Positions 39,121-53,789 of a stretch of 64,000 bases of DNA are shown one piece after another; position 1 is the first letter of the stretch; every line of letters starts with the position of its first letter. The DNA lies in the NCBI GenBank assembly GCA_951406725.2, contig OX597825.1, positions 69,626,001-69,690,000 on the forward strand, written 5' to 3'. The stretch comes from Octopus vulgaris (taxonomy: Eukaryota). The notes beneath the pieces were generated by a model that did no database searches, had not been told where the DNA came from, and saw only the letters and a program-made list of their open reading frames with translations. Made by a program: the position numbers and the translations under genes.

Positions 39121-40005
39121 CTTGAATTTAATTTTAACATTGGTATATCTTTATAATAATTGCATCAGTTATCGTAATCATAGCAATTACAATTCTTTTG
39201 TGTTATATTTCTATATACTCTCTTAATACTGATTAATGTTATAACCTCTAATAACCCTTATCGTTTTTATAAACTCTTTTAACACTTCGTAATTTACCGC
39301 TTCCGCCCAAATTTTAAATCATTAGAAAATGTTTTGGTATAATCGTTAGATTAAAGTATTACGGTTGATTTATCGGTTCTGCTTTTATTTCTCAAGTAAG
39401 ATCTGACCTTTCAGCAAAACGGTTCTTTACAGAAAATTAACTCATAACCACACGTTTTGTTATCCTACATTCCTATGTATATTCATAAATTCATAAGTTT
39501 ATACATTTATAAATTTATAACTTTAAGATAGCACACATTTTATTTTTTCAATACCGTATTTATTTATTTATTTATTCATGTTTTCATTCATGCCGATCTG
39601 TCTTCCAGACACCGTGTGAACACGTTTGCTTCATTTTTCCTCTCTATTCTTCCTCTATTCCCCCCCCCTCTATTTTTGTTTTTCATCTCTTGTTTTTATC
39701 ATCGTTACATCATTTTTGTTAGTCTGTTCTCTTATTCTTTTTCTTTTTTAATCCTATACTTCTCCCCTCTAACTTTATCACGATACACTGACTGAATGAA
39801 CAACTAATGTTAACTTTTAAATAGTACAATACATCTTTTATTTGTAGGACGATGTCGGCCACTACTTTGAGCTTGTCTCGATAAGGTCAAATGTTTTGCT
39901 TAGCGCTTACTATCTGCTATATTCAGATAAATTCTGCTAGCTTTTTAGACGAAGCTGCTAAGGTTTAACGACATTTTAAGATATTAATGCCTATACCTAC
40001 CTTTA

Positions 40006-40715
40006 TATCGGGTCATTAAGAATGAAATATCCGAGTTTGAACTGAAAGTTTATTTTACTTTATCTCAACACAAAGCAATGCAGTTAATGCAGTATGCACC
40101 TAAATTATCAACTCAATTTTGCCATTTTATCGATAGCATATTTATACCGGCATCGAAAATTCTGGAGAGCAAGAGATGATGAAATCACGAAAGGCTGCTT
40201 TTGCATTTTCTTCAGATTTGACATCTTTTCCTTGCGAAACGTTTTCTAATGTCTGCAAAACACGATAGCCAGTTGGTGCAAGGTCTGGTGAATATGATGG
40301 ATGACAGAGTACTTCCAAGTTCAGTAGCTGTAACTTGTGTAGCGTTCTTTGTACATCATGTGGTCGAGCATTGTCTTGCAAGAGAATCAGCCTGCCTCTA
40401 TTGACCAATCTGGATTGTTTAATTTTCAATTTCACTCATCATTTTATCCACTTAGTTGATGTATCCATCCACTGTAATTGACTTACTAGGTCTCATGAAG
40501 CTTCAATGGATGACAACAGCGCTGGATCACCAAACAGACACAATTAGCCTTCTTTGGTGAATATTTTTTCCTGGATTTTGTTTTGGCACTTCGTCTTTAT
40601 CCAATCACCGTGTAGAAAGCTTGCTATTGTTGAAAAGAATCCATTTTCTTCACACATAACCAGACGATGCAAAAATGGTTCGCTTTTAGGCCCTGACTGC
40701 AAAGAAGAGCAGGTT
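40006..40715 (-). mobile_element. Mariner (DD34D) 3' half with TIR
   Basis: RLILLQDNARPH...LEVLCHPSYSPDLAPTGY; terminus at about 40006. Confidence 0.9.
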
Positions 40716-41280
40716 TTCCAGTCAACATCATAGTATTTGGAGTGATCACTAGTGATGGCGACATGATGCCTCCATTCGTCTTCTCACACGGCCTCAGATT
40801 GAAAGTGGAGGCCTACATCAGCTGCCTGGAGGAGGTGGAGCTGCTGTGGATGAAGAGGGTGGCTGGGTGAAGAGGGTGGTTGCAAGAAGACCCTATGCCT
40901 GGCAACAGGGCCCTACACAATGGCACAGAAACAGGAGACTCAGTCATGGCTGTAAGACAATTTCTGCAATCCTATCACCACTAAAATCTGGCCACCTAAC
41001 TTCCCACATGCTACCTCCTTGATTATCTTGTGTGGGTGCATTTGGGCGAGAGACCAGGAAAACCCCTTGAACACCAAAGATGAACTGAAGGCTAGGATTA
41101 TGGCAGTATTTACAAACTTAAATAAAGAAACTGTCCAGAAGAGTTGCAGGAGTTTCCAAAGTCGTTAGGAGGTTGTGCTTGAAACCAATGGCGATTTTAG
41201 CGAATAAATTTACTCTTTAGGTATTTCAAGATATCTTTACATAATTTTGGTATGGTAAAAAAATCTTTTAAAGTGAGATA
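40716..41280 (+). mobile_element. maT (DD37D)-like Tc1/mariner transposase 3' remnant
   Basis: VFGVITSDGDMMPPFVFSHGLRL...RPYAWQQ...IWPPNFP...NTKDELKARIMAVFTNLNKETVQKSCRSFQSR. Confidence 0.8.
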
Positions 41281-42276
41281 TATATTTATGATATATATAT
41301 ATTTATATATATATATATGTATGTTTGTATATATTTGTGTGTGTGTGTGTGTATGTGTGTGTGTGTGTGTATGTGTGTATGGGTGTGTGTGGGTGATTGT
41401 GGATGGGCGTGTACAATGCCTTTCAGGATATTCAATTGTCATGCAAAAATTAAAATTTATGTCAGTGACAGTACGACATCAAGTTTCAAATTTTAATTCT
41501 AACAATTCTCATTATATTTCCGAGTTAATCTAAAATAGTTTCCCTATAGGTGTTATAATATTTCCAATATCGCAAAATAATAGACCGCCGTAAATAATGA
41601 CTGTACACCTAACATTAAAATATTGCAAATTGGTCAGTGTACTTAGGAGTCATTAGGCTATAATAGTTTTTTTTAAAATTATTATTTTGACATTCTGTGC
41701 TTCAAGAAAAATAAAGTAATAAAAATGTATTAAAGTATATTCATTACTGTTTATCGGAAGTTTTCAAGTAGTTTATTTTCAGTAAAAACTAACAAATTAT
41801 ACAAAAAAAAATAATACCAAGCATATCTTCGCCTACTTGACTTTAGATGCAGGTATAGGGAGAATACTATCGCTAGCTCATCGATATACACGAAATATAC
41901 GAATAAATATTTGTTAATGACGTATATTGTAATTATTCACGCATGTTACATCTGCAGAGTTAAATGTCCTCTGATAATAGCTTTTAAATGTTTATCCAGA
42001 ACATTAGTAATTTAAGAGAATTTGACAAATATTAATTAACAAGGGAGGCTTAAATAATTGAGTTGGACATTACAAAAAAAAACATAATTACACTGCATGG
42101 ATAACATAGAGATATTGGCATGAATACCTGGTAAGAAGCCTGCTTTACAACCGCATGCCTCCGAGTTAGGCAAGTGCTTTTTTTGCTACAGAAACCAACT
42201 TTTGAGGGGATTCGCTCGGCGGAAACTAAAAGTTTTTTATACATACATACATACATACATACATACATACATACAA

Positions 42277-42311
<35 letters not shown>

Positions 42312-43488
42312 TATGTATATATATATGTACGTTGGATACATTGGTTGTTCGTCTGGTATGTTGATTTTGTTCATTCGTTATAAATCTTGAATTATGCTTG
42401 TACTGATGATTAAAAATTGCATTACTGCACTAATTATGAAATAACGGTGATCTACAGCTAAATTCTGTTTTTAAATGGCTTGCTTCGAGAGTTGCATTCG
42501 GTTCGATGTGTTTATTTATTTTGGTAGTTTTGAATTTAAGAGTCCTTCTTAGCTTGTGGCAGTTATGTATAGTAATGCCTTCTATATAATATAAATAAAT
42601 ATATTTAATTGAAAAAATTGGTGGATTTTCTCTCTTATGAGGTTTTTCATGCTAACTACTTGATAAATTCTTATAAAGATTTTATTCTATTTTTAAATTA
42701 TATAAATGTGTGTGTGCTTGTGTGAGTGTGTGTGTGTCTAAACGAAGTAGTGTTGAAAAGTCCCTGGCTTTTATATATATATATATATATATAACACTAC
42801 TAAACCATATTTCTAATAGAATACCCAGTTAGAGGATTTGTTCTGACATTCCATCCAACATGCAAGTACCAAACTTTTACGTCGGTTTACTATGTATTTA
42901 CAGTAAGAAGCTTATAAAGAGACACACGCAGAATATGAGCATTAGTTGATAACGTTGCTTACCTATATAGAACTCTGCAGAGGAAAATAACTTAGATCAG
43001 CTCTGGCAGTTTTATTAATAACAATATAGAAACTTAAAATAAACCAACGCAACAAATATATACAGAATTCTTCGAATAATCTATGAAAGTAATATAAAGA
43101 TAACCGTTAAAGTATTTTCAAGCTATCGTTGGTGAATTCATTAGTTACAACACATTTTCTACGATTCCTTGTGGTAATAACGCATCCTTCATACTAATTC
43201 CTGGAATAAATGAGCCGGTGCAGGTCTTGAAACGTTAATGGCCCCAAGAATATTATTGCTCCAACGTAACCATTAAACACAAATGAGTAAAAAATGATAA
43301 AAGAAACGTATTCAAAAGATTAACGCCGAACACTGACTCGTATCGTGTATATAAAATGTTTTGGGGAAATAGATCTTTCCATCATATATATATGTATATA
43401 CATACATAAATACATATGTACGTGTATATATATTTATATACATATATATATATATATATATATGTACGTATCTATCTATGTATATGTA

Positions 43489-43554
<66 letters not shown>

Positions 43555-44812
43555 AATATATATGTATATACATATATACCTATACGTATATGTATATATG
43601 TATATTATATATATATATATAAGTGCACATTTATTTATTATGATATATATATATATATGTGTGTAAGTGTATAATATATATATATATATATACATATATA
43701 TACATACATATGAACAGGTATATATATTTATATACATATATATATATATATAAATATATATATTTATATATATATGTATATATGTATATGTATATATATA
43801 TATGTATATACATGTATACTTATACGTATATGTATATATGTATATTATATATATATAAGTGCATATATATTTATTATAATATATATATATGTGTGTATGT
43901 GAATAATATATATATTGTGTATCTTATTCATCTATATAGTATGCATATGCAAGCACACATACATACATACATACATATATATATATTCATATTGTTGAAT
44001 GCACACATGCACACACACAGACACACACACACGCACGCAAACACTCGTATATATTTATGTACATTTGTTCGAATGTATATGAATAAGGTTCACTAGAGCA
44101 ATTGTTGAATGCATTTCAAATATCTTTAAAAGGCCGGCTTTCTGCAGATAGAAAAATAGTTACAGCTTCTATTTTTCTTTCTTTAGCTATCTGCTTTCAC
44201 AGCTTGCTAAGTATTTCCTGTCTACTATTTCTATATTTCCTTATTGCAAACAAAAGATAAAAACATTATTTTTATGATATTTTATCTTCTACAAATACTT
44301 ACACAGCTCACTGTTATTTTATTTCTGATACGTTCCTTTATATATTTTTTCTCAGTTCGTATTATTTAAAAACGGAGAAAATGTTTTTTCAAGTATTCTG
44401 CATACAATAAAACGTATATCTGCGTTTAATATGCTACAAAGATAAGAGCTACATCTAAACGTATTGACTTTGACACGTTTATGGTTTGAGCTTCGTGACC
44501 AATACCAGATCAGGAGGTTGTTTCATCCTCTTCAAACATCTAGATATTTCTATTCTTTATTGTTGATATAATGAAATAAGTTTGTTTGCATCCATTAAAC
44601 CATCGACCCTTTGTCGTTTAATATACAGATATTTTTCGTTTTTCATTTGCTCTTTTTATTTTCCTCATATCTTCCGTTTATTGTGTATTGTAAGAAATAT
44701 TGCTTTTTCATTATTCTTTAGACAGTAGAATGTAAATGTCGTGAACTTGATTATATATATATATATATACAATCATACATACACGCATGTCACACGTATA
44801 TATATATATATA

Positions 44813-44861
44813 TACTAAGTAATTAAGGGTTTAGCAACGAATTGCCTCACCAACACACCGA
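44813..44861. mobile_element. 49-bp solo terminus of the 31741 element
   Basis: TACTAAGTAATTAAGGGTTTAGCAACGAATTGCCTCACCAACACACCGA is identical to 31741-31789; (TA)n on both sides. Confidence 0.9.
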
Positions 44862-44878
44862 TATATATAAATACATAC

Positions 44879-44926
<48 letters not shown>

Positions 44927-45936
44927 ATATATATATGTGTGTGTGTGTATGTGTGTGTATGTGTCTGTGTGTGGGTTTGAAATTACATACAAATGTATTT
45001 TCCACAGCATAAACAAAGAGCTTAGCAAACGAAATATCTTGCGGCATATTATAAGGATATACATGACAACCCAAACCGAATTAATTACCAGTCAAGACAC
45101 ACACAGACAGGCACACGTAATTATGCTTTTATGTGTACGTTGAAAAACAAAAACATTGACGGTTTTATTTACATTTGAAATCCTTGCAATCCATTCACGG
45201 TATATCCTTGAATGGTTAAATCGATTGTTTCATTACAGGTTTGTCGTGGAACCCTTCGAATCTTCCCGTCAGTCAACCAAATGGCTTTTCGTTGCATGAA
45301 ACCTAGGACGTCCGTATGTAACATCAACACCGTGCCATTTTGGGGAGCACTGCTCCATTATTGATCTCCAATGAGTTTTATAGACAGTCATCAGCTATTC
45401 AGACCCAATTATATTTCGAGTTTTCATGGCGAAAGTCTGTTATTGTAGTGCAGTTTCGGCCATGTGGAAAAAGTGCCACCACCAGGGAAAAAATCATAGG
45501 GTAGTCTTGCATTTCTAGTGAGTTGGAGTGTACTGTTTATGTTTAGGGACAGACAGGCACTGTAATATTTCTTTATACATGTAGCGACTTAATTTTGGTT
45601 CTGTCACAGAAAACAATATTGTTTGAAGCGTATTTTCGGTTTCTTTAATCATAAACTCAGTCCAAGTCCGCGCGAGGTATGTAGGATCCGTGTGGGAGTC
45701 ACTTTATTGAAGAATACCAAAGAAGAATAAATATAATAAATTTCTACATAGTTTTTGTCTACCAAATATTACTCCGGTATTTCCCGATCCGTCGTCTTAG
45801 TGAAAGGGATATTTTCCTATTGTAATACAAAGTGGGATCGAACGCTGAAAGACGTAGTTTCAAAGCTAACAATTTAGCAAAATGTCTTTGCTAGCATTAT
45901 CTTTAATATTGGTTTGTGTTCTCGAGTATTTGTATA

Positions 45937-46160
45937 TATGAGGGGAAGCTAAAAAGTTCCTGCCTGTGGGTAAAAGAAAATACAGGAAGATCAGTGAATT
46001 ATGATTTCATTCAGCATATTTCCCTCTCGGATTCACACTCACACACTTATTACAGCGGCTCTGCAGTTTTCTAAGACCTGTAAAAGAACTCGAAGAATCA
46101 ACCTCCAGCCAGCCCCTCACGATATCCTTAAAGTCAGGAAAATTTCAGCACACCCTCTTA
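45937..46160. mobile_element. Mariner-derived MITE, second copy
   Basis: tatgaggggaagctaaaaagttcctg ... caggaaaatttcagcacaccctctta; the interior is the reverse complement of 23797-24016. Confidence 0.72.
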
Positions 46161-46769
46161 TAAATTTAATCATAATTAGAGGATTGCTCGCTGTTTAAAA
46201 CCATATCATCGTGACTTTTTTTTTAGTGAATCACGGATACGGTTACTGTATACCTTTTAATATTACGCTTAGTTTGAACTTGTTTCAAGTCTGAATTCAC
46301 AGCAGCTCTCGTTATCGTATCGTGAGCAGTCACATGTGAATTTACCTTACGTCTAATCCTCTCTATAGGGACATGTGTAAAATAATGTTTTGGTAATGTG
46401 GCTCTATCGACTGCTTTAACCAAATAAGAGGCATTATTAATATTTATTAAAACTTCAAACATTCTTATAGAAAGAAAAAAGACACTATAGAGCTTTAAAT
46501 ATTAACGCTTTAAGGCTTACTATTAAATACTTCTTAATACTTCAAACACTGTTCTGAAGGGAAATAAATGATAAAATTGAAAGCTTGGACGAGATCTAAG
46601 GAATCTTTACGTTTGAACATCATTAATACATGCATGCAGTTATTAGATCGGATGATGTTGCAAGATTAATACTCATGCCAATATTAATTTGGGGCTACTT
46701 TGCTACAATAATGACTTATAACATGAGTGTTAGGCCGCACGTTTGTCATAACGTCTTTGATCAGTATTA

Positions 46770-47057
46770 TTGGTACTCCGTCGCGTACGACGACTAAGGT
46801 TCGAGTTGATCCGATCAACGGAACTGCCAACTCGTGAAATTAACCAGCAAGTTTCTGAGAATTTTACAAACGCGCTTGTCATTAACGTAGTTCTCCGGGA
46901 GATTCAGCGCGACACAGAATGTGACAAGGGTCACCGGTTTGGAGAACAGGTACAATTCATTTTTGCCAGCTGTGGGGACATTTTTGCCATCGGTAATCGA
47001 CCTAACAGCCTTAAAATCGTAAACTGAATACCCTGATCACTAAACCACGCACCTCCA
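46770..47057 (-). mobile_element. Third tRNA-derived SINE family (C), diverged
   Basis: Reverse-complement head GGAGGTGCGTGGTTTAGTGATCAGGG...GGTCGATTACC; body unrelated to families A and B. Confidence 0.55.
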
Positions 47058-47145
47058 CTCGATCATTATAAGTCGATCAAAAATATGTTGAAGCGTTTCT
47101 CGAGGATCTATGTCAATTAGAATGGATATCATTTTGGTTTTTTCA

Positions 47146-47370
47146 TGGCAGAAACGTTAGCACGCCGGGCAAAATGCGTAGCCGTATTTCGTCTGCCGTT
47201 ACGTTCTGAGTTCAAATTTCGCCGAGGTCGACTTTGCCTTTCATCCTTTCGGGGTCGATTAAATAAGTACCAGTTACGCACTGGGATCGATGTAATCGAC
47301 TTAATCCCTTTGTCTGTCCTTGTTTGTCCTCTCTGTGTTTAACCCCTTGTGGGTAGTAAAGAAATAGGTA
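47146..47370 (+). mobile_element. SINE family A
   Basis: Near-consensus body and tail. Confidence 0.92.
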
Positions 47371-48051
47371 TTGGAATCGCTGAGAGTGCAAAACACCCTT
47401 CTAAATCGGACTCCAAATCATCGTACGATTAACCAGTTCCCAAGCCATCGCTGGTACTCATTTTCATCCCTGGGTACTGCAGCAATGTCAAATGAATTAC
47501 TATGTAAAAGGACATAAACTGCCGTTCGGAATCAAGATTCAAGATTAATAGCTTATCGTGAGCTCAACAGTCTAAAAATAGAGCCAGGATCTTAAGATCG
47601 TGGATACAGAGGTTTATTTGATAGAGCAGAGAAATTGATTGAATATTCTATGTAAATACTGCAAAGTATATTGCTCTATGCTCTACTGATATTACCAATC
47701 CCCGATACTAGTAACTTTTTACCTTTCACACATGGTCACACAGTCACACATTAAACTTGCGAGGATAACCCTCCATCATGTCTTCTATTTTGTCGACCGT
47801 AATACAACAACTACCACCACCGCCACCACCATCACATACATAGACACACACACACACACACACATACACACACATCTATATATAAAGAATAAAAAGTGTT
47901 CAATGGTACAACAATGCACTATAATACGGGCAATGGGCTATATACCTGTTGTAATTTAGTCATCCACAGTCTGATATGATATTTCGGTATTATATTCCTT
48001 CTTCAGATATTCTTTACACACAATACACAATGCTTCACTCGAACTACGATA

Positions 48052-48114
<63 letters not shown>

Positions 48115-48276
48115 AATATTAGGGAATAAATCCAAACTTACAGGGAAAAATCAGATTTAGGATTGAATCCAATTTTATAGTAAAATATTATATTATATTA
48201 AATCAGAGACAAAACCACTATTAGGCAAATCATACAATGAAAAACTTAAGCCAATACATAAGATTATTTAACTTAT

Positions 48277-48360
<84 letters not shown>

Positions 48361-48869
48361 CAGTGGTTAGCTAATGTTGGACTTTATGAAATAGAGAACA
48401 AAACATCCCGAGCCATACATAGATGGTCACTTTCCGCTTTCTCTTATGCATATGTTCCTCTCTACAGGATGTCGGTTTGTCAAAAGAATACTCATTATTA
48501 CCACCCCGAGTGATCGGGGCAACCTGTGTTGCAGGAACCTAAACCACAATCTTACGATTATGAGTCAAACACACTGATCACTCCACTAATTTTAACATAC
48601 TTCATTTAAAGATCAAAGTCAGAAAATCATGCATATATGATCATCTACAAAATGTTTCGTTTGATCTTTAAGTGCTTAAATATCGGTCGATAAGCACTGG
48701 TGTCCCAGGTAGTGTATGTTGTTATAACATCCTTTGCCTGTCGGTGTTCAGTCATTATTAGTCTGACTTACGGTGCACCATTTTTCAGATTACAAAAACC
48801 ACTATAATAATAATGAAGGTATAATATCTGTGTTATGCTCATAATGTTCAAAGGAGGTTTATTGTTATT

Positions 48870-49250
48870 GGATTGACCATGGAGGGGGATCATGAGAGAA
48901 AGGTTGCGAAATATCGAGAGTTATAAGAGCTGAGCAGAAACTAAGGTTAGCAGACACCATATGAGGCGATTTAAGTAGGCTGCTGGAGTGTTTGAGCCGT
49001 TGATATTGCAAAGCTCTGATTGGATTTGAATTTACTGGAGTAGCAAAAAGGAGAACCATAAATTCTATTCCTGACACTGAGAAGGTCACTACATGTCTTG
49101 AGATAAAGAGAGCAGACCAGTTGTTTTTCCTGCAACTGAAATTAGGACTTGATCAACTCAGGCGTGGCCTACTGGGCGAGCTGATCTAATGTCAAAGGAC
49201 CTCCAAAACTCCCGAGACCCCGACAACATCACTGAGCTGTATCTTGCAAC
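48870..49250 (-). mobile_element. LINE reverse transcriptase remnant
   Basis: SALITLDISQPFS resembles the RT motif xxLDISKAFD. Confidence 0.45.
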
Positions 49251-49264
49251 AAAGGAACAAGCTA

Positions 49265-50129
49265 GTAGTGTTTTCTACGTTCTTAGTCTAATGGAAGCAT
49301 AGTGTATCTTGTCTTCGTGTTTTTTTGAAATTAGAATATTAGAATGTTGAGTCAGTTTTAAAGTATATTATTGCTACATTAAAACACCTTCAGAAAGTCG
49401 CGGAAATATTTACACATAATAACATATTCTATTATATCTTGAAAGTTATTAAAGTATGTACTGCGAAGCTAAATAGTAGATTTATAATGTAATATACTTC
49501 ATATAATGTTAACAGACGTAACGCAGTAACCATTAAATCTGTAATTAGAAATAATGGGAGCAACATTATCTATGCTATAATTATGTTACTCTCTACGTAT
49601 GTAATCCTGAAGTCGAGGAAACTTTCCATAATAGAGAGAGAGACAGCATCGTTTATACAATTCGTAAGACAACCAACTCCAGTCAGATAAGCGCTATGGC
49701 GATGGAAGAGTTGCGACATGTGCAGACCGAACCAGTGGGAGCGTCGAATTTCAAGTCAAAAAGCGTTTAAACACTTGATTGGGGAACATCTTATGTCACA
49801 AAGTGATCAGATCAATCGAGTGGAAGTTACAGCTCTATGTCTGGCATCTACGCTTCACACCATACAGATTTGTAGTGGGAATGGACAGTCAGCTGAACAG
49901 TCAAAGAGAAAAGGTCAGAAATGTCATTCACAACGAGGAAGTGAAAGGGGACGGTAATCTACTATGAAAATAGAGCAATCAGCATACATTACATAGTTTG
50001 CTCCAAACCTGCAACAATGTAATTCATTCAAATATCAGGTGAATCTCTATAAAGCAATAACTACAGCTGTTATAGTTGAAAAAGACGTTCTTAATAAGTC
50101 GAGTCAGCAGTAACTTCAAAAGCAATAAT

Positions 50130-50184
<55 letters not shown>

Positions 50185-51768
50185 ATATTTCGACCTGCCG
50201 TATTTCGTCTGCTGTTACGTTCTTAGTTCAAATTCCGCCGAGGTCGATTTTGCCTTTCATCCTTTCGGGGTCGATAAATTAAGTACCAGTTACGCACAGG
50301 GGTCGATGTAATTGATTAATCCGTTTGTCTGCCCTTGTTTGTTCCCTCTTGGTTTAGCCCTCTTGTGGGTAATAAAGAAACATATATATATACATATATC
50401 CCCTCACTATGCAAAAGTTGCATAATTATAATCATAATTATAATTATAAAATTATAAGGTTACCGCTAATGGTTCTTTTAACATACCGAACTACTTAGTA
50501 AAATTATTAATTATTAATTGATTAATTAATTTTACACTTTATTATTATTATCCCCTAACTATATAGAATTGCGTGTGCCAAAATTCCCTCAAATTATATT
50601 GAACTTAACTAGACAATAGCCTTTTGCATTATGTAGTTTTTGAATATATTATGAGCAAACAACTAAGAGGAGGGTCACGGCTGGATCACTTTTGGCTCTA
50701 GCCTTTGGTTGAAAGCAAACCTCATAAACTACTGCATATTATTACTCATGCTTTCTCTGAAGTTACAGTTATTTCTTGTTAACAAACTAACATCTCTGTG
50801 GTCAATCGATTTCCTAGATATAACAGCAATATATATATAAAAAATATTTTTCTACATTAAATAGTTTTCGATAAATCATCTGAATAAAAGATGAGAGAAC
50901 AACAGGATCACTTTTTATTGTATGCTTGCTACAATCAGAGATGTATGCAACAAAGCAGTAGTGTTTTCTACGTTCTTAGTCTAATGGAAGCATAGTGTAT
51001 CTTGTCTTCGTGTTTTTTTGAAATTAGCATATTAAATGTTGAGTCAATATTATTGCTACATTAAAACACCTTCAGAAAGTCAAATATAATTCTAAATCTT
51101 GAAAGTTATTATATGTACTACTGAACTAATGTCCATTTCATATAATGTTAACAGACGTAACGCAGTAACCATTAAATCTGTAATTAGAAATAATGGGAGC
51201 AACATTATCTATGCTATAATTATGTTACTCTCTACGTATGTAATCCTGAAGTCGAGGAAACTTTCCATAATAAAGAGAGAGACAGCATCGTTTATACAAT
51301 TCGTAAGACAACCAACTCCAGTCAGATAAGCGCTATGGCGATGGAAGAGTTGCGACATGTGCAGACCGAACCAGTGGGAGCGTCGAATTTCAAGTCAAAA
51401 AGCGTTTAAACACTTGATTGGGGAACATCTTATGTCACAAAGTGATCAGATCAATCGAGTGGAAGTTACAGCTCTATGTCTGGCATCTACGCTTCACACC
51501 ATACAGATTTGTAGTGGGAATGGACAGTCAGCTGAACAGTCAAAGAGAAAAGGTCAGAAATGTCATTCACAACGAGGAAGTGAAAGGGGACGGTAATCTA
51601 CTATGAAAATAGAGCAATCAGCATACATTACATAGTTTGCTCCAAACCTGCAACAATGTAATTCATTCAAATATCAGGTGAATCTCTATAAAGCAATAAC
51701 TACAGCTGTTATAGTTGAAAAAGACGTTCTTAATAAGTCGAGTCAGCAGTAACTTCAAAAGCAATAAT

Positions 51769-51823
<55 letters not shown>

Positions 51824-52592
51824 ATATTTCGACCTGCCGTATTTCGTCTGCTGTTACGTTCTTAGTTCAAATTCCGCCGAGGTCGATTTTGCCTTTCATC
51901 CTTTCGGGGTCGATAAATTAAGTACCAGTTACGCACAGGGGTCGATGTAATTGATTAATCCGTTTGTCTGCCCTTGTTTGTTCCCTCTTGGTTTAGCCCC
52001 CTTGTGGGTAATAAAGAAACATATATATATACATATATCCCCTCACTATGCAAAAATTGCATAATTATAATCATAATTATAATTATAAAATTATAAGGTT
52101 ACCGCTAATGGTTCTTTTAACATACCGAACTACTTAGTAAAATTATTAATTATTAATTGATTAATTAATTTTACACTTTATTATTATTATCCCCTAACTA
52201 TATAGAATTGCGTGTGCCAAAATTCCCTCAAATTATATTGAACTTAACTAGACAATAGCCTTTTGCATTATGTAGTTTTTGAATATATTATGAGCAAACA
52301 ACTAAGAGGAGGGTCACGGCTGGATCACTTTTGGCTCTAGCCTTTGGTTGAAAGCAAACCTCATAAACTACTGCATATTATTACTCATGCTTTCTCTGAA
52401 GTTACATTATTTCTTGTTAACAAAGTAACATCGATGTGGTCAATCGATTTCCTAGATATAACAGCAATATATATATAAAAAATATTTTTCTACATTAAAT
52501 AGTTTTCGATAAATCATCTGAATAAAAGATGAGAGAACAACAGGATCACTTTTTATTGTATGCTTGCTAAATCAGAGATGTATGCAACGAAG
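49265..52592. repeat. Direct tandem duplication, two ~1.65-kb units, each with a SINE A fragment
   Basis: Units start at about 49265 and 50957; core offset 1639 (identical ORF translations at 49718/51357 and 50076/51715). Confidence 0.95.
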
Positions 52593-53522
52593 CAGCAGCA
52601 GCAACAACGACAACAACATATCAAATATAAAAATTAAATCAATACTGAACTCTTCCATTATTGTTTAGAAATGGAATATTTCTTTCGCCGTTTGAAATAT
52701 AACTTGTTTTATAGTAATTGCTAACATAGACTCTCAGTTGTTTCTTTATATCATACAATTTCTTCTTTAAATTATTATATTTCTTTAAATTATTATAGCC
52801 TCGGGTTAATCCATACATAGTGGATAAAACTGGGTTGAGAAATACTGTATAGAAAGATCTGGGTGGATTGTGGCCGTATTTCAAAGTAAAAGCCATGTCA
52901 TGCACTGATATATGTTGATTTTGACTACGAATTGAAACGGAGTTTGAACATTCATAATGAACAAGCCAAAACAGAAGTGAGACATTGTTGCAGCAAGTGA
53001 TCAGCACCTGAACCGACTCTCAGGGCTCAAATGTCATTTGAGATCCCAGGCTTGGAAAGAGCACGTTCAGATGCAGGGAGACGTGAAGCTCTGCAAGGAA
53101 CTGACAATCACCATGCATGTATGCATGTATGTATGTATGTATGTACGTATGCAGGTATGTATGTATCTATGTATGTATGTATGTGTGTGTATGTATGTAT
53201 TATGTATGTATGTGTGTGTGTATGTATGTATGTATGTATGTATGCATATATGTATGTATGCGTGTATGTATGTATTATGTATGTATGTATGTATGTATCT
53301 AACTTCTGCTGAATTCTAGATCTGAAATTTTCAGCGGTTGTAAGCTAATGTCTAAATTCCTGTTGACGAATTAGAAAGGAGCTCTCTCGCCAGATTCAAT
53401 AGGTGTACCATTATCTTTTAAGCCTTATAATTTACGGCCTACGGGAAATAATTTGTATGCCCCCTTTGCTTGTCTCTGATTTTTTTTATCGTTTGCCGGT
53501 TTTTCACACTCCATCTGTGTTC

Positions 53523-53575
<53 letters not shown>

Positions 53576-53789
53576 TTTATTTATTTATATGTATACATAT
53601 ACATGCACACATATTTATAATATATAATATATTAATAATATACATATATTTGTGCATGTGTGTGTGCGTGTGTGTGTTTATTATTTATAGATATATTTAT
53701 GTATTTACAATTAGTGGTATATGTACTTCAATACGATATATGATTAATAATATAATTTACTTATTGTTATTTATGATTTTCTTTTGCAG

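Noticed and set aside
49718-49957. Duplicated 79-aa ORF as a small gene
   Set aside because: Identity reflects the tandem duplication; the opposite strand weakly resembles LINE RT (PFHFLVVNDISD).
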